A stretch of DNA of 64,000 nucleotides, from assembly GCA_963724295.1 (NCBI GenBank), contig CAVRUC010000012.1:18894-82893 (forward strand), given 5' to 3'. The notes beneath the pieces are model-generated. The model ran no database searches and was not told the DNA's origin. It saw nothing but the letters and a program-made list of their open reading frames with translations. The stretch is from an uncultured Chloroflexia bacterium (lineage in GTDB: Bacteria > Chloroflexota > Chloroflexia > Thermomicrobiales > UBA6265). A program made the translations under genes and the position numbers. This document shows positions 30,120 to 38,919 of the stretch, in pieces (positions within the stretch are counted from its first letter, which is position 1; every line of letters begins with the position of its first letter).

Positions 30120-30136
30120 CCCGTACTGGGTACGGG
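30120..30136 (-). promoter_or_regulatory. GTAC box, copy 3
   Basis: CCCGTAC-N3-GTACGGG, then 22 bp (minus strand) to GATCAT. Confidence 0.7.
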
Positions 30137-30391
30137 AATTTGCGGCAGGGGTCGAGTATCACCGCCACTAGCATCGCTGAGACGGCCCAGGACGTACGCG
30201 TTAGCGCTCGCCTCGACGTGTAATGCGGGCTTGGACAGAGTCGGCTGCAGTCGGGGTGTAGTGGCGACGAGTGACGCGACCGGCTCCCTTACACTCCGCG
30301 CCGGCCGGACCAAGACGTGCCGTCGCTGGCGCGGTCGCGTTTTCACCTGGTGCTGCCGAAAGCGTCGCTCTCCCGGCTTATGGGGACGCTA

Positions 30392-30604
30392 CTAATCGCA
30401 CTTCCGTTTGCAGCGCCGCAGACACTTCCTGCGGGACTCGTGCTTACGGCAACGACAGCTCGTCCTGCATCGTGCTTGCGCGGACAAGGGGAGAGCGAGA
30501 GTGCCTAGCGTGCCGACTCCTAGTACGCCGAGACCCTGCATCATCCGCCGTCGCGTCGCGTATTCACCGAGCTGCTTCGCCAGGCCGTCCCATCGGCTCT
30601 CCAT
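30392..30604 (-). CDS. Tat-leader precursor of a small Cys-rich cationic peptide
   Basis: SD aaggag; WDGLAK..TRRR + hydrophobic core + AQA; mature RCRTSCRCRKHESRRKCLRRCKRKCD. Confidence 0.75.
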   Translation of the reverse strand: MESRWDGLAKQLGEYATRRRMMQGLGVLGVGTLGTLALPLSAQARCRTSCRCRKHESRRKCLRRCKRKCD

Positions 30605-30726
30605 TTCCCGCTCCTTCTTCTTGTACTCGGCGCGAACGTGTCACCCGCCGCGCGGTCTCACCGCTCCGACCCCGCTGCCATTTTCCTCTTGCCGTCCCAT
30701 CTTCCACCCCACACCGGCCGCAGGCT

Positions 30727-30755
30727 TCCGTACGCAGTACGGGGATGAGTACGGG
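30727..30755 (-). promoter_or_regulatory. GTAC box, copy 4
   Basis: Minus strand CCCGTAC-tcatc-CCCGTAC-tgc-GTACGGA, then 22 bp to GAAGAT. Confidence 0.75.
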
Positions 30756-30851
30756 GATTTGGGATCGCGTCATGACAGACCACCAATAGTTGTGGGCAGT
30801 GGTAGGCTATGAGCATCGTTTCCTCGTCCGACCGTTCGCCTTCCGCTTGCC

Positions 30852-33365
30852 GTGGCCAACTCATTGCCGCTTCACCATGCCCATGTCCTGCCTCTGGTGC
30901 GCACCTCGCTCGTGGGGCGGGAGGGGGAGGTTGCCGCCGCGCGAGCGGCCCTGCTCGATGAGGCCGCCCCGCTTCTCACCCTCACCGGACCGGGTGGTGT
31001 CGGGAAGACTCGCCTGGCACTTGCCGTGGCCCACGCCGTGGCGGAGCAGTTTGTCGACGGCGTGGTCTTCGTCGATCTGGCCGCCCTCGGCGATCCGGCG
31101 CTGCTACCGGCTACCGTCGCCACTGCGCTCGGAGCGACTCCTGGACTCCAACAGTCCCTCATCCAGGCTAGCGTCGAGTATCTGCACTTGAGGCAACTGC
31201 TGCTCGTGCTCGACAACTGCGACCATCTCCTGGCGGCGGCTGGCGAGTTGACGTCGGCACTCCTGATCGGATGTCCGGCCGTGCAGGTCCTCGCGACCAG
31301 CCGGGCGCCGCTCCGGGTACGGGGTGAGCAGAAGCTACCGGTCGAGCCCCTGCCGCTGCCGGCTAGTGACACCCTCCTTTCCTTGAAGGAGCTGGCTCGA
31401 AACGAGGCGGTCCGTCTGTTTGTTGAGCGCGCGCGCGAAGCGGATCCAGCCGTCCGCCTCGATCTCGAAGCCGCGGGCGCAATCGCGGAAATCTGCCACC
31501 GCCTGGACGGACTCCCGCTTGCGATCGAGCTGGCTGCCGCGCGGGTCACCGTGCTGCCACCGGCGGCACTCCTGACACGTCTGCAACAGTGTCTTCCGCT
31601 CCTGACAGATGGTCCGCGTGATGCGCCAGAACGGCAGCGGACGCTGCGCGACACGATCGCCTGGAGCTATGACCTGCTCGCGGATGAAGAGCAGCGACTC
31701 TTTCGCTGGCTGTCGGTATTCGTCGGCGGATTCACCTTCGAGGCGGCAGAGGCTTTCGCGGTCACCGCTGATCTCAGCGGTGATGTGCTGGCGCGGATCA
31801 CCGCGCTCGTCGACCACAGCCTGCTGCGCAGAAGGACGGGAGCGGACGGGACGGCGCGCTACATCATGCTGGAGACCGTCCGCGAGTTCGGGCTGGAGCA
31901 GCTGGCGGCGAGTGGCGAGACCGACGCCGCGCGGGCGGCACACGCGAGCCATATCCGGGATCTCATTGCTCAGGCAGAACCGGCGCTGCTGGACCGGGAG
32001 GCCTCCCGGCGGTGGCTGGGACGTCTCGATAACGAGCGTGGCAATCTGCGAGTCGCCTTGACGTGGTGGTTGAAGCGCGGGGAGTCGGAAGCCGCGCTGA
32101 TGACGGCTGGGGCGCTGGTCGCGTACTGGTGGTTCCGTAGCGACTTCGCCGAAGCGCGATCCTGGTGCGAGCGCGCTCTGGCGCTCGCGGTTGATGTGGC
32201 GTATGCGGAGAACCCACTCTCCACCCACTATGGCGCGTGCGTCCTTGCGAGCAACGAGGGGAATTACGACCGTGCAGTGGCAGCCGGGGAGGCTATGTTG
32301 CACGCGGCGAGAGCGAGCGGCGACGCGGTCGGCACGATTCGCGCCCACTATGGACTCTGCCATGCCGCGCGTCGCCAGGGCGATGAGGAACACGCCCTAT
32401 CGCACGCGCTCGCGGCCATCGCCGAGGCGCGGGAAGCGGTCGCGCAGGAAGCGATCTCACCCATCTGGTTGGCCTGGACGCTCTCCTTCCTGGGCGAGTC
32501 TCCGGACATCGTGGGCAACGAACGCGCGGAAACCGCCGCGGAGGAGGCGCTCTCCATCTTCCGTCAGCTCGGGAACGCCTGGGGGCAGGCCAACACCCTA
32601 CAAGTACTGGCCATCTCCGCCCTCGAGCACGCTGATATCCGCGACTCCGTGAAGCTTCTGGCTGAATCGATCACCTTGCGGCGGTCCATTGGGGAGCGCT
32701 TTGGTGCGGTCGAAGGTCTCATGGCCTCTGCTGGGGTCGTCATGCGCACCGGCCACTTCGACGATGCCGCGCGCTTCATCGGCGCGGCCGAAGCGTGGGC
32801 TGACGGCCTCGGCGTTGCCTATCACAGCCCCCCGTATTTGCATTGGGATCGCACGGTGGCAACGGTGCGGTCGACGCTCGGCGACACGCGCTTCGCGGCA
32901 ACCCGGGCGGAAGGCGCCGGCATGTCGTGGTCCGCTGCGTTGACCGAAGCGCGGAGACTGCTCGAGGAGATCGCGGCAGCAGACCCGGCGACGGCGGTGT
33001 GCTCGAGCGGTCTCCAGCAGGAATCAAGCCCGAGAACGTCCGGGGCCATGCGGGAGGATGCCAATCGTACCGGGTCCGCCGAGCAGCTCATGAGCTCGAC
33101 CATCCTGGCGCACCCGGCCCCGGCGGCAATCCCGGCATTCAACCAATCGCCGCTAGAGACACCACCACCAGGCAGTGATCTCACCTTGCGTGAGCGGGAA
33201 GTGCTCGACCTTCTTTGCCAGCGCTTCTCCAACCCCGAGATTGCCGATCAGCTCTACATCGGCACGCGCACGGTCGAGTTTCACGTCACCAACATCATCG
33301 GCAAGCTGGGAGCCGCCAATCGGCGCGACGCCGCCGCTCTCGCCGTCCGTCTCGGCCTCGTGTAG
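30852..33365 (+). CDS. STAND/NB-ARC-like ATPase-TPR-LuxR HTH transcriptional regulator
   Basis: LVGRE, GPGGVGKT, LLVLDNC, LATSR, DGLPLAIELAA, TPR-like helices, LTLREREVL..GTRTVEFHV. Confidence 0.92.
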   Translation: MANSLPLHHAHVLPLVRTSLVGREGEVAAARAALLDEAAPLLTLTGPGGVGKTRLALAVAHAVAEQFVDGVVFVDLAALGDPALLPATVATALGATPGLQQSLIQASVEYLHLRQLLLVLDNCDHLLAAAGELTSALLIGCPAVQVLATSRAPLRVRGEQKLPVEPLPLPASDTLLSLKELARNEAVRLFVERAREADPAVRLDLEAAGAIAEICHRLDGLPLAIELAAARVTVLPPAALLTRLQQCLPLLTDGPRDAPERQRTLRDTIAWSYDLLADEEQRLFRWLSVFVGGFTFEAAEAFAVTADLSGDVLARITALVDHSLLRRRTGADGTARYIMLETVREFGLEQLAASGETDAARAAHASHIRDLIAQAEPALLDREASRRWLGRLDNERGNLRVALTWWLKRGESEAALMTAGALVAYWWFRSDFAEARSWCERALALAVDVAYAENPLSTHYGACVLASNEGNYDRAVAAGEAMLHAARASGDAVGTIRAHYGLCHAARRQGDEEHALSHALAAIAEAREAVAQEAISPIWLAWTLSFLGESPDIVGNERAETAAEEALSIFRQLGNAWGQANTLQVLAISALEHADIRDSVKLLAESITLRRSIGERFGAVEGLMASAGVVMRTGHFDDAARFIGAAEAWADGLGVAYHSPPYLHWDRTVATVRSTLGDTRFAATRAEGAGMSWSAALTEARRLLEEIAAADPATAVCSSGLQQESSPRTSGAMREDANRTGSAEQLMSSTILAHPAPAAIPAFNQSPLETPPPGSDLTLREREVLDLLCQRFSNPEIADQLYIGTRTVEFHVTNIIGKLGAANRRDAAALAVRLGLV

Positions 33366-33383
33366 CGCCAGTCACCTGGAAAC

Positions 33384-33412
33384 CCCGTAGAGATCCCCGT
33401 ACCCAGTACGGG
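33384..33412 (+). promoter_or_regulatory. GTAC box, copy 5
   Basis: CCCGTAG-agatc-CCCGTAC-cca-GTACGGG just after the regulator stop, then 22 bp to CATCAT. Confidence 0.78.
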
Positions 33413-33596
33413 TGTGGACCGCGCGCAGCGCGTCCATCATCGACGCATGCCCAGGAGCATCGGTGAGGTGAACCGGTCGGAGTAGGGCACTGCCGAACAA
33501 CGTCACGGGGATTCGCCACAGGAGATCACCGCCGAGGACATGGCAACGATGCCGCGTGCCGGCGATCCAGGCGACGCGCGACAGGAGGAGCAGGAT

Positions 33597-34253
33597 ATGG
33601 ACGATCATCGATTTGATGCCCTGACACGATGGGTGGACACCAGTCAATCCCGGCGTGGCGTGTTGCGCACCTTGGCTGGCTCGGCCCTCGGCGCTGCCTT
33701 GGGTTTGGGCGCGCTGCGGAAGGCGGATGCGGCCATCAAGCCCGCCAACGCCAAGTGTAGTAGCGACGCGCAGTGTGCCAGTGGCACCTGCATCCAGTAC
33801 GGCAAATGCAAGAAGGCTGGCAAGCTGACCGGCAAGTGCCGCTGCTCCTGCACCGAGACGGCCCTCTGTCCGACGGGCAAGAGTTGTCGGAACGGGGCGT
33901 GTTTCGGCGCGTGCTCGGACCCTCTTACCTGCTCCGACGGCGAGGGCGCGGGATGCGGTCGCGGCTGTGTTTGCGGGGCCACGGATCTCGGCGACTCGTG
34001 CATGGGGGGCACGGTCCTCTGCGACGGGGTCAACACCTGCGCGACGAGTGCGGACTGCCCAACCGGGTCGGTCTGTTTGGACTTGGGCGGCGAATGCTTG
34101 GGTGACTGTTTTGCCCAGCTCTGCGCCAACCCGTGCGGGCAAGGGTTTCGCCTCCCCACAACATCGAGTCCGGCAACGGCGGCGAGTCGACGGTCTGGTC
34201 GAAGCGCTGACGAGCAGGACGTCGGAGACATTCTTCACGACCGACGCCACTAG
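33597..34253 (+). CDS. Tat-leader Cys-rich secreted protein (24 Cys)
   Basis: SD aggagg; MDDHRFDALTR..SRRGVL leader; 24 Cys counted in the mature region. Confidence 0.8.
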   Translation: MDDHRFDALTRWVDTSQSRRGVLRTLAGSALGAALGLGALRKADAAIKPANAKCSSDAQCASGTCIQYGKCKKAGKLTGKCRCSCTETALCPTGKSCRNGACFGACSDPLTCSDGEGAGCGRGCVCGATDLGDSCMGGTVLCDGVNTCATSADCPTGSVCLDLGGECLGDCFAQLCANPCGQGFRLPTTSSPATAASRRSGRSADEQDVGDILHDRRH

Positions 34254-34344
34254 GGACCGATAGGGCGTCTCGGGACCTGAAGCGATGGGTGCTGCTGTCG
34301 AATAAGGGCACGTGAGCGCGAGGCTTTCCGGGGCGGACTCGCAG

Positions 34345-34384
34345 GCACCGCACCCGGCGCCGACCGAGGCACCGGGTGCGGTGC
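34345..34384. other. 13-bp-arm hairpin in the intergenic region
   Basis: GCACCGCACCCGG...CCGGGTGCGGTGC. Confidence 0.5.
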
Positions 34385-34444
34385 TTAACGGTGAGGCGAT
34401 GGCAATTCTCCGGTGCGACGACGATGACGAGTTGGAGACGACCG

Positions 34445-36367
34445 ATGGAACCAACCCACCTCGATGCCCTGGCCCGCACCCTGAGCCGTGCTGGATCGCG
34501 CCGAGCTGGCCTGCGGGTCCTGCTCGGCACCCTCCTCGGGGGGGGGCTGCTGGGGCCATCGCTCGATGCTCTCGCCGCACCCGGCAAAGCGAAGGGGAAG
34601 GGCAACGGGGGTGACGGCACGAAGCAGGACTGCCACCCGCGTAACGAGGCCACTACAAAGAACCGCAAGAAGGACCACGTAACGCCGCCGACGCCGGACC
34701 CGAGGGACGAGCAGGCGCCGGAGCCAGGCGAGACGGCAGCGCCGGAGCGCGGCGAGACGAACGACGGCCAGAGGCGCAACGGCGCGACCGGCACGAACCA
34801 GCTCGCAGACCGGAAGCAGGCCACGCGCAAGGCGCACTCCCCGGACCCGGCGGACGAACGGACACTTGGCCTGCGTGACGAACAGACGCCTGACGCGGCT
34901 GACGAGGCGGCGCTGCGGGAGAGCGCCGAGGTGAGCGCCACCACCTGCCTGCCCCCGGGAGCCAAGCCCTGCCGGAAAGGGAGCCAGTGCTGCTCCGGCC
35001 GGTGCAACAAGAAGAAGCGGAAGTGTCTGCCGTGCCTAAGCGGGACCGAGTACTGCGCCCCGCAGCAGGCCTGCGTGACCGTGGGGGAATGCCGGTGTCC
35101 ATACGGGGAGACCGTCTGCGCACAGGGATGTAAGTTCACGAGCGTGTCAGCGGCGATTGCGGCCACCCCGAGCGGCGGAACCATCAGGGTGCTCCCTGGG
35201 ACCTATGACGCCGATCTCGTGGTGAGCAAGAACCTCACCCTGACGCGCTGCGGAGACTCAGGAGACGTGATCCTGCGCAACAAGACGTCTGACGCGCGCG
35301 CGGTGACCGTTAGATCTGGGGTCACCGCCACGCTCAAAGATCTTACGATCTCGCGCCAGCCGGCATTTGACTATGGCGGCGGCGTCCTGAACCAAGGCGT
35401 GCTGAGTCTCGACGGCTGCACCGTTAGCGACAACCGCAGTCCCGGCGGCGGGGGTGTCCACAACGACGACGGAACGCTCAGCATCTCCCAGTCGACGTTC
35501 ACCGGGAATACGGGCCACCAAGGCGGTGCCGTCTTTAGCATTGGCGACCTGACGATCACCGATTCCACCTTTGGTGCCAATGCGGCGACGTTCGAAGGGG
35601 GCGGAATCTTCGCCGGTCGCACTTTGTCGCTGCAGCGGTGTGAGATGCGTGGCAATACGGCCAGGGTCCGTGGCGGCGGTCTCTCAACAATCGGGGACGG
35701 CACAGCCACACTGGCCGACTGCGCGATCACGGGCAATACCGCAGGCTCCTATGGTGGTGGCGTCTCGGTCAACGCCGGCGGCCGGCTCATCATGCAGAAC
35801 TGCACCATTCTGGAAAACACCACGCAACAGGACTCGACCAACCAGGAGGGTGGTGGGCTCTCCCTAGGCCCCGGCGAGGCCACGCTCACCGGTTGTACTA
35901 TCAGTCGCAATAGAGCGCACAAACGGGGCGGTGGCATCCATAGCAACGGGAGTTTGGGACTGCAGGACTGCACCATAAGCGACAACGACGCCGATGAAGA
36001 GGGCGGAGGCATCTATAACGCTGGCGCGACTATCACCGTCTCCACCGGAGATGGCACCGGGATTCGGAACAATCGGGCGCGCTCTGGTGCGGGGATCTAT
36101 AACAGTCAGGGGACCGTCTCGCTTGCCAGCTGCGCCATTGATCGTAATGAGGCAGCCCTCGTGGGCGGGGGCATCGACGCTGAAGCAGGCAGCATTACGT
36201 TTGTGGCAGGCGGCGGGAGCAGCGTCACAAACAACACCGCGGGTATCCGTGGCGGCGGCATTCTCGCCCGGGCCCAAGCAACGGTGACCCTGAATGACAA
36301 CACCGTCTCTGGCAACGCACCGGACAATTGCAGTGCAGACTCACCAATTGCCGGGTGCAGCGGATGA
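34445..36367 (+). CDS. Tat-leader protein with a Cys-rich module and a parallel beta-helix (Pmp-like GGA/GI repeats)
   Basis: MEPTHLDALAR..SRRAGL leader; C-C-CC-C-C module; many N.A..GGGI repeats. Confidence 0.85.
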   Translation: MEPTHLDALARTLSRAGSRRAGLRVLLGTLLGGGLLGPSLDALAAPGKAKGKGNGGDGTKQDCHPRNEATTKNRKKDHVTPPTPDPRDEQAPEPGETAAPERGETNDGQRRNGATGTNQLADRKQATRKAHSPDPADERTLGLRDEQTPDAADEAALRESAEVSATTCLPPGAKPCRKGSQCCSGRCNKKKRKCLPCLSGTEYCAPQQACVTVGECRCPYGETVCAQGCKFTSVSAAIAATPSGGTIRVLPGTYDADLVVSKNLTLTRCGDSGDVILRNKTSDARAVTVRSGVTATLKDLTISRQPAFDYGGGVLNQGVLSLDGCTVSDNRSPGGGGVHNDDGTLSISQSTFTGNTGHQGGAVFSIGDLTITDSTFGANAATFEGGGIFAGRTLSLQRCEMRGNTARVRGGGLSTIGDGTATLADCAITGNTAGSYGGGVSVNAGGRLIMQNCTILENTTQQDSTNQEGGGLSLGPGEATLTGCTISRNRAHKRGGGIHSNGSLGLQDCTISDNDADEEGGGIYNAGATITVSTGDGTGIRNNRARSGAGIYNSQGTVSLASCAIDRNEAALVGGGIDAEAGSITFVAGGGSSVTNNTAGIRGGGILARAQATVTLNDNTVSGNAPDNCSADSPIAGCSG

Positions 36368-36564
36368 CAGATAAAAATACCTAATCCAGCGGTGCATGGG
36401 TCATGTCGAACAGGTGACCAGGACCGCGCAAGTTGCCCTGCAGTTCGTCGGTGAGCCCGGCGCTCGCGGCAAGCGCCTGCCGCTGAGCAATTGTGTCCTC
36501 GTCCATGCTCCACTGACCTACCAGCATGCCCCTGAGAACGGACTGCCACGAGGCAATGCTTGGC

Positions 36565-36633
36565 ATCGGCAAGCTGGGAGCGGCCAACCGCCGCGAGGCG
36601 GCCGCTATCGCCGTCCGTCTCGGCTTCATCTGA
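36565..36633 (+). pseudogene. 3'-terminal remnant of a LuxR-HTH regulator gene
   Basis: Encodes IGKLGAANRREAAAIAVRLGFI*, versus IGKLGAANRRDAAALAVRLGLV* at the end of 30852..33365. Confidence 0.8.
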
Positions 36634-36655
36634 CACGATCCCTTTTCTGCGAAAA

Positions 36656-36684
36656 CCCGTACCTATCCCCGTACCGGGTACGGG
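36656..36684 (+). promoter_or_regulatory. GTAC box, copy 6
   Basis: CCCGTAC-ctatc-CCCGTAC-cgg-GTACGGG, then 21 bp to CAGGAT. Confidence 0.78.
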
Positions 36685-36941
36685 GTGAGCTCGTGATGCC
36701 GGATGCAGGATGAGCATGCCTGAGGCGAAAGCTCTCAGGGTGGTCATGAGGCATCTCGCAACAGGAGCGCTCGATTGAGACCGACCACGCGCACATTTCG
36801 ACCGAACGACTCACCGAGACGGGAGGCAGACGCTCCGGATTGCTGTAGTTTTGGATGCGGCTCCATCAGACCGAAGTGATCGCCTGGGCACAGCATCGAC
36901 CGATAGGCGCCGACCGTCCCGTCGGGATGAGGAGGAACCCG

Positions 36942-38057
36942 ATGACCGATACGCCACCCGAACCTCGCTTCACTTGGCGCGACGTGGAGCAGTGGGCGGA
37001 TCATGGGCTGATTCGACCCGACCAGATGACGGCGATCCGCGCCCACGTCGCCAGGGTTCCCGGCCCGACCCCGCCTGCAGGAGGCCCCGACGACGTGGAT
37101 ATCACTCGTCGGCCAGTGCGTGAGGAGCACCGGGCCGGTCTCAACCTGGTGACCATCGCCTACTACTTTGGCGCGTTCATGATCCTGCTGGCCTACACCA
37201 TCTTCCTCGGCCTGCAGTGGGATGAGCTCGGACGCGGCGGGCAGGTGGTCGCCGCCTGCGGCACGGTAGCCGGATTGTGGGTGATAGGCGGATTTCTGCG
37301 AGGTCGAGGCTATCCCCTGGCGGGGAATCTCCTGATCTTCGCGGGCACGGGGGTCACGGCACTTGCCGTCTATTCCGTGCTGCGATTCGCCGGTCTCTGG
37401 CCGGAGTCGCCCGAAGCCGAGATCTACCGCGACTTCTATCGGACCATCGACGGCAACTGGGTGATCCTTGAGGTGATCTGCATCGCCGTCGCCCTCGCCA
37501 TCGCCTGGTGGATCAGGTTCCCGCTTCTGACGCTGTTGATCGGGTTCTGGGGGTGGTACCTCTCGATGGATCTGACAGAGGCGATCACTGGGCATGACGA
37601 CTTCGCCTGGGGGCCGGTGGAGTGGTCCGTCGGGGCGGCAGTTGGTCTCGTGATGCTGGCGATCGGCGTCTGGCTGCAGCGGCGGCGCGACGCGCAGGAG
37701 TGGAGCCTCTGGTTCTACATCTTTGGCCATGTCGCCGTGCTCGGCAACCTGGGGGCGCTGGCGCTTGACGATGGTCCCGTGCTGGGCCTGCTATTCCTGG
37801 CCATTTACCTTGGGTTCGTCGTCGCCAGCGTTTGGCTTCAGTCGCGGGTCTTCCTGGTATTCGGCGCCCTGGGCTGTTACGCCTACGTCTCCAAGCTGGC
37901 GTTCGACGTCTTTGCCGGGTCGCTCGGTTTTGTCTTCGGGCTCGCCCTGGTCGGATTGCTGATTGTCCTTTCAGCTGTCGGATATCAGCGATACGTGCAA
38001 CCCTGGCTTACTCGACAATTGGCGCCTGCCGCTGGTGAGAGGTCTGCAGCGACGTGA
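36942..38057 (+). CDS. DUF2157-like polytopic membrane protein
   Basis: W...GLI.PDQ..AI N-terminus followed by about 10 TM helices; SD gaggagg. Confidence 0.75.
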   Translation: MTDTPPEPRFTWRDVEQWADHGLIRPDQMTAIRAHVARVPGPTPPAGGPDDVDITRRPVREEHRAGLNLVTIAYYFGAFMILLAYTIFLGLQWDELGRGGQVVAACGTVAGLWVIGGFLRGRGYPLAGNLLIFAGTGVTALAVYSVLRFAGLWPESPEAEIYRDFYRTIDGNWVILEVICIAVALAIAWWIRFPLLTLLIGFWGWYLSMDLTEAITGHDDFAWGPVEWSVGAAVGLVMLAIGVWLQRRRDAQEWSLWFYIFGHVAVLGNLGALALDDGPVLGLLFLAIYLGFVVASVWLQSRVFLVFGALGCYAYVSKLAFDVFAGSLGFVFGLALVGLLIVLSAVGYQRYVQPWLTRQLAPAAGERSAAT

Positions 38058-38122
38058 CGGAGGTGGCGACAGGCAGCCCCTTTCAGTGAGGATTTGGTGG
38101 GATGGCGTCTTGCAGCGCACTC

Positions 38123-38662
38123 TCAGCTGCGCGGCTCGTAGACCTTGCGCGCATAGGCCACATCGAAGCGGCCGGGAGTTGGCAGTGAGCCCCACACGCA
38201 TGACGTCCGCGGCCGGCGATGATACCGGTCCTTGATACCTGTCACGGCGTGCATCAGCTCGTGGCAGATCGTGTTGGTCGCCTGGCTGGTGTTGAGGTAC
38301 AGCCTGTCGTTGAGCATGACGCGGGTCTCGACGATAGTCGTGCCGTCGTGCAGGACGCCGGTCATCCCCACGAAGGGGGCCGCCGGCACCGAGCAGACGA
38401 TGATCGCGCCGACGATGGGGCGAGGATTCAGGTCCTGGCAGGCGCGCTCCGGCATGCGGCGATAGACCAGCCGCGGGGTCGGCTCCGGCAGCATGCTGTT
38501 GAACTCGTCGATCATCTCCTCGACAAGACCAGTCCACTTCGCAGCGCTGTAATCGAGCACGCGGACCGATTTCCTGGCCCATATCGTCGGAGCCGCCAGG
38601 GCATCAGGGGCCAGCAGCAGAACACAGAGCGTCAACACGAACGCGCGTACCATGCCGCGCAT
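38123..38662 (-). CDS. Small secreted HEXXH zinc-metalloprotease-like protein
   Basis: Signal peptide; TICHELMHAVTG. Confidence 0.7.
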   Translation of the reverse strand: MRGMVRAFVLTLCVLLLAPDALAAPTIWARKSVRVLDYSAAKWTGLVEEMIDEFNSMLPEPTPRLVYRRMPERACQDLNPRPIVGAIIVCSVPAAPFVGMTGVLHDGTTIVETRVMLNDRLYLNTSQATNTICHELMHAVTGIKDRYHRRPRTSCVWGSLPTPGRFDVAYARKVYEPRS

Positions 38663-38919
38663 TCTCGCACTACACCGCCGAGATCGCCGGTGCCGCGGCG
38701 CCTGCGCCAGATAACGCACATCGACCTCGCTTCCGACGAGCGTGTGCAGGCCCTCTTTATGCGTAGTTTCTGGTGCGTCAGAGCGGGAGCGGGGTACAAA
38801 AGGAAACCTGTTCCGTGATTCAGACGTTGTAGTGGGTAGAGTCGGCACAGATGTGGCGGGAGCGTCAGCGTGGGTCGAGACGACTGCTGTCCGCGCTGCC
38901 CCGCGTGGGAAGGGGATCC

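Noticed and set aside
21828..36684. GTAC boxes as a CRISPR array or IS ends
   Set aside because: They are dispersed kilobases apart in both orientations, with no regular spacers, cas genes or transposase
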